Part shown: piece by piece, positions 18,157 through 26,503 of the stretch
How positions within the stretch are numbered: position 1 is the first letter of the stretch
Layout: each line of letters begins with the position of its first letter
DNA from: an uncultured Gammaproteobacteria bacterium
GTDB lineage: Bacteria > Patescibacteriota > Patescibacteriia > UBA9934 > CAMTUG01
Length of the DNA: 64,000 bases
Direction of reading: 5' to 3'
Assembly: GCA_964588955.1 (NCBI GenBank)
Contig: CAZPQJ010000002.1
Span: 58,078 to 122,077 of the forward strand
Translations under genes and position numbers: made by a program
The notes under the pieces: model-generated
Databases searched by the model: none
What the model was told of the DNA's origin: nothing
The model's input: only the letters and a program-made list of their open reading frames with translations

Positions 18157-19308
18157 ATGTTCAAGTTCTTCGCAACCATGACCAACGGGAAGCGGGCGCT
18201 GATCGCCGGGAGTCTGTTGACTCTCGGCGCACTCCTCCTCGCCTTCGCCCTTGGCGTGCTCGGGGCGGCCCCGGTGGCCGCCATCTACGCGGTGATCGCC
18301 TTCGCCATCAGCGCCTTCCTGTTCGCAACCATCGGCAACTGGAACGCCGAGTGGGGGGCACGGGCGAGCGCCACGGCCTGCATCTTCGGGGTGGTGTTCT
18401 CCATCGCCGCCTTCGGGATCGTCCTCTTCCACGGGGTCAACGAAGCCCAGCGGGAGGCGGATCTGAAGGTGGTCGACGACGCCACCCGCGCGGAGGTGTC
18501 CGAGAACGACGTCGGGGCGGCGCGCAAGCGTCTCCTCGGCGGCGACAACGCTGAAGTCACCCTCAAGACCGCGACCGACATCGCCCGAGCCGACAAGGCG
18601 CTCGCCCTGGCCACGGAGATCAACAACTCCGAGACCATGGACGAGAACGCCAAGAAGGTCCAGGAAGCCATCGACGCCCGCAACCTCGCCGACGCCGAAG
18701 CCGCGGCCAAGGGGTGGACCGGGATGGTGAAGGACTACTTCGCCACCAAGGGGCGGGAATACCAGCACCTCGGATGGCGAAGCAGCCACGCAGACACCGT
18801 CACCAAGGTGATCTACTGGTTCCCCACCCTCGTCTTCGTGGGTGTCGCCGGTCTGATGACCCTCTACGCCGCGGCCCAGTTCGGCATCAAGGGGGTCATC
18901 AAGGAGCCGCCGGTCGGAGCCCACTGGCTGCACTGGGTGAAGTTCTACACCGACAAGGTGCTCTTCGCCCCGTCCACCAAGGTGGCCTTGGGAGCGTTCG
19001 CGCTCCTGTGGTTCCCTCTCTGGTGGGCGGACATGCTCCTCGAGCCCTACGATCCGACCCCGCCGCACAGCGAGCAGGACGAACGGCACGAGACCTCGGC
19101 CGAGAAGGCGAGGGCGGCGCGGGAGAAGATTGCCGAGCGTCGTCAGACGACGCGTAGCAACAAGGACGCTGGCCAGCGCAAGCAGGCCAACGCCCACGAC
19201 AAGAAGATCGAGGGATCGGTCGAGTCCGCGACCATCCCCGCCGGGCGCTACGCGTTCGGCCGTGACGAGGACGGCAACGCCCACACCCTGGTCGTCGCCG
19301 ACAACTAG
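18157..19308 (+). CDS. Membrane protein with coiled-coil segments (GC-rich island gene 3).
   Basis: AAGGAG lies 6 nt upstream of the ATG, the only clear SD in the window. Two N-terminal TM helices. Charged C-terminal tail. Confidence 0.55.
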   Translation: MFKFFATMTNGKRALIAGSLLTLGALLLAFALGVLGAAPVAAIYAVIAFAISAFLFATIGNWNAEWGARASATACIFGVVFSIAAFGIVLFHGVNEAQREADLKVVDDATRAEVSENDVGAARKRLLGGDNAEVTLKTATDIARADKALALATEINNSETMDENAKKVQEAIDARNLADAEAAAKGWTGMVKDYFATKGREYQHLGWRSSHADTVTKVIYWFPTLVFVGVAGLMTLYAAAQFGIKGVIKEPPVGAHWLHWVKFYTDKVLFAPSTKVALGAFALLWFPLWWADMLLEPYDPTPPHSEQDERHETSAEKARAAREKIAERRQTTRSNKDAGQRKQANAHDKKIEGSVESATIPAGRYAFGRDEDGNAHTLVVADN

Positions 19309-19373
19309 AGGCCCGCGCGGAACTCGCGAGCCTCCCTTCCGGAAGTGTGGTACTCCCACACCTCCGCTCACCA

Positions 19374-19410
19374 AGAAGCCCCCGGCGCAATCTGCACCGG
19401 GGGCTTTTCC
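19374..19410 (+). terminator. Intrinsic terminator (aagcccccggcgcaatctgcaccgggggctttt).
   Basis: GC stem plus T-run immediately after island gene 3. Confidence 0.5.
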
Positions 19411-19445
19411 ATTTTCTCCTTCTTTCTCTTTTCTCCTATTTTTTC

Positions 19446-20462
19446 TTACTTCATCTCCTTCTTAAACCAATCCACCCAATGAATATCTTTTGGGTCCACG
19501 CCGCCGAGCTCAGCCATTTTGGTAGTGATCAGGGCTCCGCGTTGCACCAGTTCAAATGCTTGTTGCAACGGCGTCTTTCCTGAAATAGTTAGCCGCAACG
19601 TTTTAGCCCCATTTTTCTTTACAACTGTTTCTGTCAGCCCATAGCGTTTTTGTACGCGGGGGTGATACAAATCCGACTCGATAAAAATAAACGTTAGTCC
19701 GTTGACTATCGCTTTGGGAAACGTCAATCCTTCCATCAAATGATGATTCATTTCTGGAATGGCAAATCGCACAGCGAAATGCTTAGCACTCTCGTTGAGT
19801 TGATTGGTAAAGACGTGCGCCGCGCCTTCCAGGTGTTCGCTGGAGATCATCACGCACCCACGTTGAAAAAGTTTTTTGGCAATACTTCCCGCCTCACGCT
19901 TCCAGGCAGACACACCACTTTGCAAATGTTTGGCGACCTCGGCAACTTCTTTGTCGCCTACCCTTACCGCGCCTATTGCCGCCAAAACCGCCAGCGGAGC
20001 CATAGCCATAAATCCTGTTCCGTACCGCGGTTGTGGAGCCAAATCTCCTGGATCAAACACGTAGGCCGGTCCCTTGTCGCGTCGCGCCCACTCGGCGAGC
20101 GGTCCGCCGTGCGTCAACACAAACATCTTCAATCCTTTTGCTTTGGCTTGTTTGTAGGCACCAAGCACTTCTTCCGTAGTTCCAGAAAAGCTGGAGAGGA
20201 TCACGAGCGACGATTTGGTCGCCGAAGCGGGCAAATGATACCCATTCACCACTTCAATCGGCACAGTCAAACGATCCGCTAAGGCCGATTGAATCACATG
20301 TACTCCCAGCGCCGAGCCCCCCATGGCCATCATCACTACACGATCAATCGACCGATAGCTTGCCGGTAACTTCATCCGCTTGGCCTCTCGATAGGCCAAC
20401 ACAAGTTGTTCATCCAATCTGCTCAACGTGTCAAAAAGCGTCTGCATAAGGTATTTGATCAT
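19446..20462 (-). CDS. Bifunctional phosphoglucose/phosphomannose isomerase (SIS-domain, archaeal-type PGI/PMI).
   Basis: Two SIS-like segments (…VVMMAMGGSALG…ILSSFSGTTEE…) and ~330 aa length. Confidence 0.75.
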   Translation of the reverse strand: MIKYLMQTLFDTLSRLDEQLVLAYREAKRMKLPASYRSIDRVVMMAMGGSALGVHVIQSALADRLTVPIEVVNGYHLPASATKSSLVILSSFSGTTEEVLGAYKQAKAKGLKMFVLTHGGPLAEWARRDKGPAYVFDPGDLAPQPRYGTGFMAMAPLAVLAAIGAVRVGDKEVAEVAKHLQSGVSAWKREAGSIAKKLFQRGCVMISSEHLEGAAHVFTNQLNESAKHFAVRFAIPEMNHHLMEGLTFPKAIVNGLTFIFIESDLYHPRVQKRYGLTETVVKKNGAKTLRLTISGKTPLQQAFELVQRGALITTKMAELGGVDPKDIHWVDWFKKEMK

Positions 20463-21546
20463 TAATCGCTTTGGTCACTTGAGCTCGGTCGGCGTTGCGG
20501 CCAACAAGCGTCGCTCCTACCAGTTTACCACCGCGCAAGAAATGCTGGGCAACACCGCCTTCTTTTTTCGATCCCACCACCCTCACCTCCTCTGCCGCCA
20601 AGCGGTTCGTATCCCCAACAAAAATAACTTCCAACCCGCGGCAGTTGGTGGCGTACGAACTCACCAAACGAAACGGTTCACGTGTTCCGCTCATTACTTT
20701 AGCCGCGTGACGTCCTTGCATTTGCGCGTTCATCCAGTTACCGCTCATTAAGTGCCGCCCGGCAATCACATCAAAGTACTCGGCCACATCTCCGGCCGCG
20801 TAGACATCGACTACGTTTGTTTCTAAATACTCGTTCGTTTTGATTCCTCCGTCGACGTCGATTCCTGCCGCTTTCGTGAATCCAACCTCCGGGGCAATCC
20901 CAATTCCTACCCCCACCAATCCTTCAAACACCTCCGGCTTGGCGTGCTTATGGACCTTAATGTGATCCGCTTGTGCTTTCTCAGCAATCAGATCTGAAGA
21001 GTCCGCGTCGAGTACGGCACTAAAAAAGTGTTCGCCGTGTAAATGCAGGTCGGCTTTGATCTTGCGGTCGGCAAAGATGTTAATGTACTCAAGCGCAATA
21101 AATCCTCCACCGATAATATCAGCGTGTTTAACCCCTTCACCAAGCAACTGTAGCAAGTGATCAGCATCGTCGAGAGTGCGGAAATAGGAGACGTTACGAT
21201 CATGCGCCTCTAGGGTTTTGACTTCCCCGCCGGTAGTAATTAGGAGCTTATCGTATTCGTATTCGCGACCATCAGACGCGGCGACAAACCGATTTTGCGT
21301 ATCAATCGATTCGGCCACCACCCCCGGTAACCAATCAATCTTCTGATCCGCGTACCACTCCGGCTTTTTCAAAAAACAGCGCTCACGTTCAATCTTTCCT
21401 TTTACGTAGTGCGGCAACAACACCCGGGAATACACCCGATGCTGTTCCTCGGAAAGCAATATAATCGACGCCTCGGCATCGATCTTGCGCAATTCTTCCG
21501 CCGCCGTGGTGCCGGCAATACCTCCTCCAATAATCAGGTAACGCAT
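20431..21546 (-). CDS. FAD-dependent pyridine nucleotide-disulfide oxidoreductase (NAD(P)H oxidase / ferredoxin-reductase-like).
   Basis: MRYLIIGGGIAGTTAAEEL (FAD GxGxxG) and a second Rossmann motif DIIGGGFIALE. Confidence 0.8.
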   Translation of the reverse strand: MRYLIIGGGIAGTTAAEELRKIDAEASIILLSEEQHRVYSRVLLPHYVKGKIERERCFLKKPEWYADQKIDWLPGVVAESIDTQNRFVAASDGREYEYDKLLITTGGEVKTLEAHDRNVSYFRTLDDADHLLQLLGEGVKHADIIGGGFIALEYINIFADRKIKADLHLHGEHFFSAVLDADSSDLIAEKAQADHIKVHKHAKPEVFEGLVGVGIGIAPEVGFTKAAGIDVDGGIKTNEYLETNVVDVYAAGDVAEYFDVIAGRHLMSGNWMNAQMQGRHAAKVMSGTREPFRLVSSYATNCRGLEVIFVGDTNRLAAEEVRVVGSKKEGGVAQHFLRGGKLVGATLVGRNADRAQVTKAINDQIPYADAF

Positions 21547-21560
21547 AGAATGAAGAAAAT

Positions 21561-21673
21561 CGAAATACTAAATCCGAAGTACCAAACACATTCAAAATCT
21601 CAAAGAAAAATTCACAAACTGTTTTTACCTTTTCCGATTAGGATTTTCCGATTGTTTCGGATTTAGTATTTCG
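21561..21673. repeat. Inverted-repeat intergenic element, copy A. An 18-bp perfect inverted repeat cgaaatactaaatccgaa / ttcggatttagtatttcg flanks ~75 bp.
   Basis: Read directly. A 21-nt core ctaaatccgaagtaccaaaca recurs reverse-complemented at 44118-44138. Confidence 0.6.
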
Positions 21674-21684
21674 TATTTCGTGTT

Positions 21685-21951
21685 TTATAAATCCGGAAAC
21701 AGTTGAACGCCTTTCTCGTCGGTAATAATAATAGCCAACGTTGGGCAAGACTGCGCCGCCATAATGATGTTCTCCTTTTCCTCTTCGCTTACCTCCACCA
21801 CCCGTTCATAGGTACGTTCGGTTGGCTCCGTACCATGATCGAACACAACAGCCTTGTTTTCGTCGTTCAACTGGAACGTTTCTGGAGCGATCGTTACGCA
21901 CGAAGCCGCCCCAATGCACAAGTCTGGATCCACTTTGATTGTCAATTTCAT
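21685..21951 (-). CDS. Ferredoxin (single [3Fe/4Fe-4S] cluster type).
   Basis: DPDLCIGAASCVTIAP…AAQSCPTLAI, with cysteine spacing of a small ferredoxin. Confidence 0.8.
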   Translation of the reverse strand: MKLTIKVDPDLCIGAASCVTIAPETFQLNDENKAVVFDHGTEPTERTYERVVEVSEEEKENIIMAAQSCPTLAIIITDEKGVQLFPDL

Positions 21952-21963
21952 ACTGGCGTCATT

Positions 21964-22602
21964 TTAGCCGAAATACTTCTCCCGGTAAAACTTAATTAAT
22001 TCCTCCACCGCCGGCAAAACACTCGGGTTACCAATCCCTACTTTTGTTTTATTTTGTACCGCTTCAAGCGTCAGCGCGCCGTCGAGCACCGCTTCTTCAA
22101 TGTCATGATCCGTGACTTTAGCTACGGGGTCAATCACGCGGAACGATTCGTTAACAATGCGATCAAACTTTTCAACGCGGCGATAATAATCATTAATTGC
22201 GTCGCGCAATGCTTTGTCGCAAAGTACGGAACAGTGAAACTTACGCGGCGGCAGTCCGCCCAGGCGTGCCATGATGTCTTGAGGTTTAAGCCCACGCGCC
22301 TCCTCAAGAGTCATTCCCTCCCCTTCCGTGACCATCACCGAGGCAATCGAAGTCGAGGCGATGGCTGAACCGCAACCAAAGGTCTTCCACCAAAACCCTT
22401 TAATGCGCTCCGTGGTCGGATCCACCCGCATCCACACTCTCAGCTCATCTCCGCAGGCTGGTGAACCCACCTTGCCCATGGCATTGAACTCGTCGTCCGT
22501 AGGATCATGGTCAAGAAAATTCTTGGGATGGAAAAAATGCTCCTTAACTACGTCGGAGTAAAACCAATTCTGTTTTTTGTCGTGGGAAACAACGTCAGCC
22601 AT
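21964..22602 (-). CDS. nifU: NifU/IscU-like Fe-S cluster assembly scaffold protein.
   Basis: GSPACGDELRVW…FGCGSAIASTS…HCSVL are the IscU/NifU N-domain cysteine motifs. Confidence 0.85.
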   Translation of the reverse strand: MADVVSHDKKQNWFYSDVVKEHFFHPKNFLDHDPTDDEFNAMGKVGSPACGDELRVWMRVDPTTERIKGFWWKTFGCGSAIASTSIASVMVTEGEGMTLEEARGLKPQDIMARLGGLPPRKFHCSVLCDKALRDAINDYYRRVEKFDRIVNESFRVIDPVAKVTDHDIEEAVLDGALTLEAVQNKTKVGIGNPSVLPAVEELIKFYREKYFG

Positions 22603-22607
22603 AGCGT

Positions 22608-23807
22608 TCAGGCAAAATACTTTTCGTCCACATGGACCGGACTCATTGAGCGCAGTTTCACGACGAGCGGCGGCAAGACTTCTAGCACGTAGTCGATGTC
22701 ATCCTCGGTCGTCGTGCGACCCAGGGTAAACCGCATACTACCGTGCGCCACCTCGTAGGGCATTCCAAGCGCCAAAATCACGTGACTCGGATCAAGCGAA
22801 GCGCTGGTGCAGGCTGAGCCTGTGGAAGCGTAAACGCCCTTGGCGTCGAGGTAGAGAATCATCGCCTCACCTTCAATGTCCATAATAGAAATGTTCACAT
22901 TGTTCGGCAGGCGCATGGTTGGGTGACCATTCAACCGAGTCTTTGGGATCGTCGACAAAATACCCTTAATCAGTTTATCGCGCAGGGGAATAAGACGCAC
23001 GGACTCAGCTTTAGCTTCGGCCTGAGAGAGTTCGAACGCCTTGGCGAGTCCAACAATTCCGGCCACGTTCTCCGTGCCTGGACGGATGCCTTTTTCTTGA
23101 GCGCCGCCGAAGGTGAGTGGAGTCACCTTGATACCACGCTTCACGTAGAGCGCCCCAATCCCTTTTGGTCCGTAGATTTTGCTGCCATTGAAGGTCATTA
23201 AATCGACGTGGAGTTTTTCTGTGTTCAAATCAAGCGCCCCAGCGGCTTGGCAGGCATCGGTATGGAACAAGGGAAAAGCAGACGCCTGTTGCTGACGAAA
23301 CTTTTGGATGCGGTTGCCGATCTCGGCGACCGGTTGGATGGTGCCAATTTCATTGTTGGCATACATGACGCTCACAAGTACGGTGTCCGGACGTAGTGCC
23401 TGCTCGATCGCTTGCGGGGCAACAATCCCTTGCGCGTCAACAGGAACATAACTCACTTCAAATCCTTCCTTCTTTTCCAAATGATGGATCGCTTCTAAAA
23501 CCGCCTGGTGTTCAATGGTGGTTGTCACAATATGACCTTTGCCAACAGCGCGACAGACCCCGAGAATGGCTAGGTTATCCGACTCCGTACCGCCGGAAGT
23601 GAAAAGAATCTCGTCCGGCCGAGCCGCCATCCCTTGCGCGATCGACGCGCGCGCCGCGTCGATCGCATCTTTAGCCACCTTACCCGCCGAATGAAAACTC
23701 GACGGGTTGCCGTACACTTCTGCCAAAAAAGGCCGCATCGCTTCAAAAACGCGCGGATCTAAGGGGGTTGTGGCAGCGTGATCGAGGTAAACCTCTTGTG
23801 TGGCCAT
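22608..23807 (-). CDS. nifS: Cysteine desulfurase (NifS/IscS class).
   Basis: FTSGGTESDNLAI…FNGSKIYGPKGIGALYV…STGSACTS is the PLP-dependent class V signature. Confidence 0.9.
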   Translation of the reverse strand: MATQEVYLDHAATTPLDPRVFEAMRPFLAEVYGNPSSFHSAGKVAKDAIDAARASIAQGMAARPDEILFTSGGTESDNLAILGVCRAVGKGHIVTTTIEHQAVLEAIHHLEKKEGFEVSYVPVDAQGIVAPQAIEQALRPDTVLVSVMYANNEIGTIQPVAEIGNRIQKFRQQQASAFPLFHTDACQAAGALDLNTEKLHVDLMTFNGSKIYGPKGIGALYVKRGIKVTPLTFGGAQEKGIRPGTENVAGIVGLAKAFELSQAEAKAESVRLIPLRDKLIKGILSTIPKTRLNGHPTMRLPNNVNISIMDIEGEAMILYLDAKGVYASTGSACTSASLDPSHVILALGMPYEVAHGSMRFTLGRTTTEDDIDYVLEVLPPLVVKLRSMSPVHVDEKYFA

Positions 23808-23819
23808 AAGGCCTCTATC

Positions 23820-24338
23820 CTAACCCGTAATTCTGACTCCGGCAATATGGGAAATAAAGGCACCGATGCCGTAACCAATCGCCGCCGCGGCAATGGAAAT
23901 CGACATCATCTGTAGTCCGCTCTTCCACAACGACTGCTTAGCCAATTTTCCTTTCCATGCTCCAACCAAAAATAGCGTGATGACAGTCGCGATGATTGAA
24001 GGCGCGTAAGCAAAACGCACCGGTAATAAAAGATAAAAGACAAGCGGCACCATTCCTCCAAGGGCGTACGCCACAAGCATTACAACCGCGCCTCGCAACG
24101 GCCGATCGTTGGTGCGATCCACGTCACGCGCCGCCTCTGAGGACAAGTAGCTTCCCGCCGCCATAGAAACGGACTCCACCGCGATCAATACCAGGCCAGA
24201 CAATACCACCACGTAGGTGCTGTCCGTTCCGGCGGCGATACCGGTAACCGCGCCGAGAGTGGAAACAAGACTATCTTCCAAACCAAAAATAATTTCGCGA
24301 ATGGATCCTGGGGCTGTTAATTCTTTGCGTCGAACCAT
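23820..24338 (-). CDS. VIT1/CCC1-family Fe/Mn transporter (short form).
   Basis: GLEDSLVSTLGAVTGIAAG…ESVSMAAGSYLSSE is the VIT-family signature. Confidence 0.7.
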   Translation of the reverse strand: MVRRKELTAPGSIREIIFGLEDSLVSTLGAVTGIAAGTDSTYVVVLSGLVLIAVESVSMAAGSYLSSEAARDVDRTNDRPLRGAVVMLVAYALGGMVPLVFYLLLPVRFAYAPSIIATVITLFLVGAWKGKLAKQSLWKSGLQMMSISIAAAAIGYGIGAFISHIAGVRITG

Positions 24339-24435
24339 ACGATAAGCACTTTACTCTGATGTGGGTCATCGGAAAAGTATTTTTGTTGTCTCTTAAAAAG
24401 ACGAAGGACAGCCGCGGGGCTGTCCGATGTAGAGA

Positions 24436-25530
24436 TCAGTTGGTCGAAACCGGGGCAGGCCTTCCTGTGAAGCGGACAATCGAGCCGTCATCCTTCAAGA
24501 GGATCGCGGAGCCGAAGACGGGGACGAGCTGATTGTGTTCGATCGATCCGTGCGGTTCGATCCGCACGCTGGCTCGCCAGGTGAGACGATTCTGATCCGA
24601 GACCTCGCGAAGAAGACGTGCCTCGTCCACTCCGACGCAGATCTGCGCGGTGGTGATCCGGAAGACCGGAGGGGAAGCCGCCTCCATCTCGATGACGACG
24701 TCCTTGGGGGCGACAGGCGGAGCGAGAACTTCGTTCCAGAGCGTCTCGTCCTCGAAAAGACGCGTGAAGACGTGCACCTCTTCCTCGCGGGGAGTGAGGA
24801 TGCGTTCCTCGTGCGTTCCGCCGAGATTCTCGCAACGAGGTTCGGGAAACCGGTCTCGTTCCTCCTCGCACTTTTCCCGTTCGTCGAAGGACTTTCCACG
24901 ACACTCGGACTGATATTGATCTCGATCACTGCAGTCCCACGGACCATTTTCGACCGTCTGCGTTCGTCCGTAGCCTTGGTCGCGCTGGAGTGCCAGCTGG
25001 CATGCGAGCGGAGGATTGGTCACCGGGATGCGCATCTGCACAGAAGGAAAACACCCCGTATCGGCCGAGTACAGGGGCAGTTTGACCCCCTGCACCGCGA
25101 AGGTACTCGAACGCGAGAGATCCTGCCCGTCCCTGGCACTCATCATCTGGAGCCAGAGGTTGTGGTAGTCGTGCCGACTGGCCTCGACTGCGCGCTCGCG
25201 GTCGGCGAGATAGGCGGCGCGGCGTGCTTTGTACGCATGGGTGGTCTCGAACTCGCTCTTGGGGTACTCGCCCGTCGTGCCTTCCTTGGCAGTGGCCAAG
25301 TTTTTTTCAGCGATTTCAACCGCCACCTTGGCGGCCTGGACACCCGGATCCGCGAGAACAGAAATCTCGGCCTCCCCGAGCCGGTGCAACACCGCCTCGA
25401 AGTCGTCTTCCGCGTACGGCTGACGACAGGGATCGGCGTCCGTTCCGAGATCCTCCGGAACCACAGGGTGGGCGCAGGCGAGAACGAGCAGACCAATAAG
25501 CCCGGAAAGAAGAACCGTACACTTGGACAT
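24436..25530 (-). CDS. Secreted or lipoprotein-like hypothetical protein in a GC-rich islet. Start taken at MSKCTVLLSGLIGLLVLACAHP.
   Basis: Signal peptide with a LAC lipobox-like motif. Local GC ~63%. A hairpin terminator sits at 24398-24417. Confidence 0.5.
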   Translation of the reverse strand: MSKCTVLLSGLIGLLVLACAHPVVPEDLGTDADPCRQPYAEDDFEAVLHRLGEAEISVLADPGVQAAKVAVEIAEKNLATAKEGTTGEYPKSEFETTHAYKARRAAYLADRERAVEASRHDYHNLWLQMMSARDGQDLSRSSTFAVQGVKLPLYSADTGCFPSVQMRIPVTNPPLACQLALQRDQGYGRTQTVENGPWDCSDRDQYQSECRGKSFDEREKCEEERDRFPEPRCENLGGTHEERILTPREEEVHVFTRLFEDETLWNEVLAPPVAPKDVVIEMEAASPPVFRITTAQICVGVDEARLLREVSDQNRLTWRASVRIEPHGSIEHNQLVPVFGSAILLKDDGSIVRFTGRPAPVSTN

Positions 25531-25599
25531 GGGCACCTCGCACCTACATCCGTGTGGAGACACAGAAATAAAAGAGAGGTGACCATTCGCTAAAAGAGC

Positions 25600-25674
<75 letters not shown>

Positions 25675-25687
25675 GTGATGGGCACAA

Positions 25688-25724
25688 TAACAAAACAGCC
25701 GTGATTTTTCAACGGCTGTTTTGT
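25688..25724. terminator. Bidirectional terminator (aacaaaacagccgt-gatttttca-acggctgttttgtt).
   Basis: 14-bp perfect stem flanked by A and T runs. Confidence 0.6.
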
Positions 25725-25732
25725 TATTGTTA

Positions 25733-26266
25733 TTATTCGTAGACTTCTATGGCCAAACGGCGGACACCGAACTGCTTAGCCTGTTCGCGCGTTTCCATCC
25801 ATATGTCCAGACGATTGCTATAGCGAGCATTCATACGATCTTCCACCGTAAAGACTTCGTCGCCGTACAATGAAGGGATTTTCACTTTGGTACCAATCGG
25901 AAGAAAGTTGGCGGCCACGACACCCCGACGCACGGTAGTCCCCGATGCAGTGATAAACGGGGTCGCGTCAGTTTGTGCCGCTTCTGAGGAATAAGCAGTG
26001 GAAACCACGGTAAAAAGGCGCGGCGCGCCTTCGCGATGCCCAGACGCCGGCAAGGAACCAAACTCCCTGTGCGTATTAGCCATCGCCGCGATCATCAAAT
26101 CCGTGGCACGCTGTTCAGCCATCGTTGGGCGCAGAACATCTTCAGCCAAAACACTCCTTCCGCCAAATGCGGCACTTAGTAAAACTACCCCGGTGAGAAC
26201 GGAGATGTTGAACCAATTTTTTTTGAGGAACGGTTTCCAGGACGTTTTCTTTCTAGACTGTTTCAT
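25733..26266 (-). CDS. 3D-domain (RlpA-like double-psi beta-barrel) cell-wall associated protein.
   Basis: Start MKQSRKKTSW plus a TM/signal segment. C-terminal TVVSTAYSSEA…GTTVRRGVVAAN…IPSLYGDEVFTVEDR is a 3D-domain pattern. Confidence 0.65.
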   Translation of the reverse strand: MKQSRKKTSWKPFLKKNWFNISVLTGVVLLSAAFGGRSVLAEDVLRPTMAEQRATDLMIAAMANTHREFGSLPASGHREGAPRLFTVVSTAYSSEAAQTDATPFITASGTTVRRGVVAANFLPIGTKVKIPSLYGDEVFTVEDRMNARYSNRLDIWMETREQAKQFGVRRLAIEVYE

Positions 26267-26503
26267 ACGACGCCATGCAATCTCCTCCTGGGACTTGCCT
26301 GACGTCGTCGGAAACGAGTAACAAAGAAACCTCCTAAAAACAAAGATCCCTGCGCTAGGGACGGCAAGATCATACCATCTTTTTAACTCCCTGTCACCCC
26401 GAGGTCGCCATTTTATCTCTTGGCGACTGCTAATATTAGCTAAAAAATCTGGCAAACTGTCCACAACCCCCAAAAAAAGCTACACTACGAGCAGATCAAA
26501 AAT

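Noticed and set aside
15970-19390. Many long ORFs in all frames inside the GC-rich island (for example 15980-16570, 16030-16554, 17515-18150, 18118-19374 minus at 418 aa, 18899-19390).
   Set aside because: Arg/Gly/Pro-rich low-complexity translations typical of off-frames in ~65% GC DNA. The chosen frames have hydrophobic TM segments, signal peptides and a proper SD.
24535-25593. 352-aa plus-strand ORF and several minus off-frame ORFs over the GC-rich islet.
   Set aside because: They are antisense or off-frame to the signal-peptide protein, with Arg-rich low-complexity composition.
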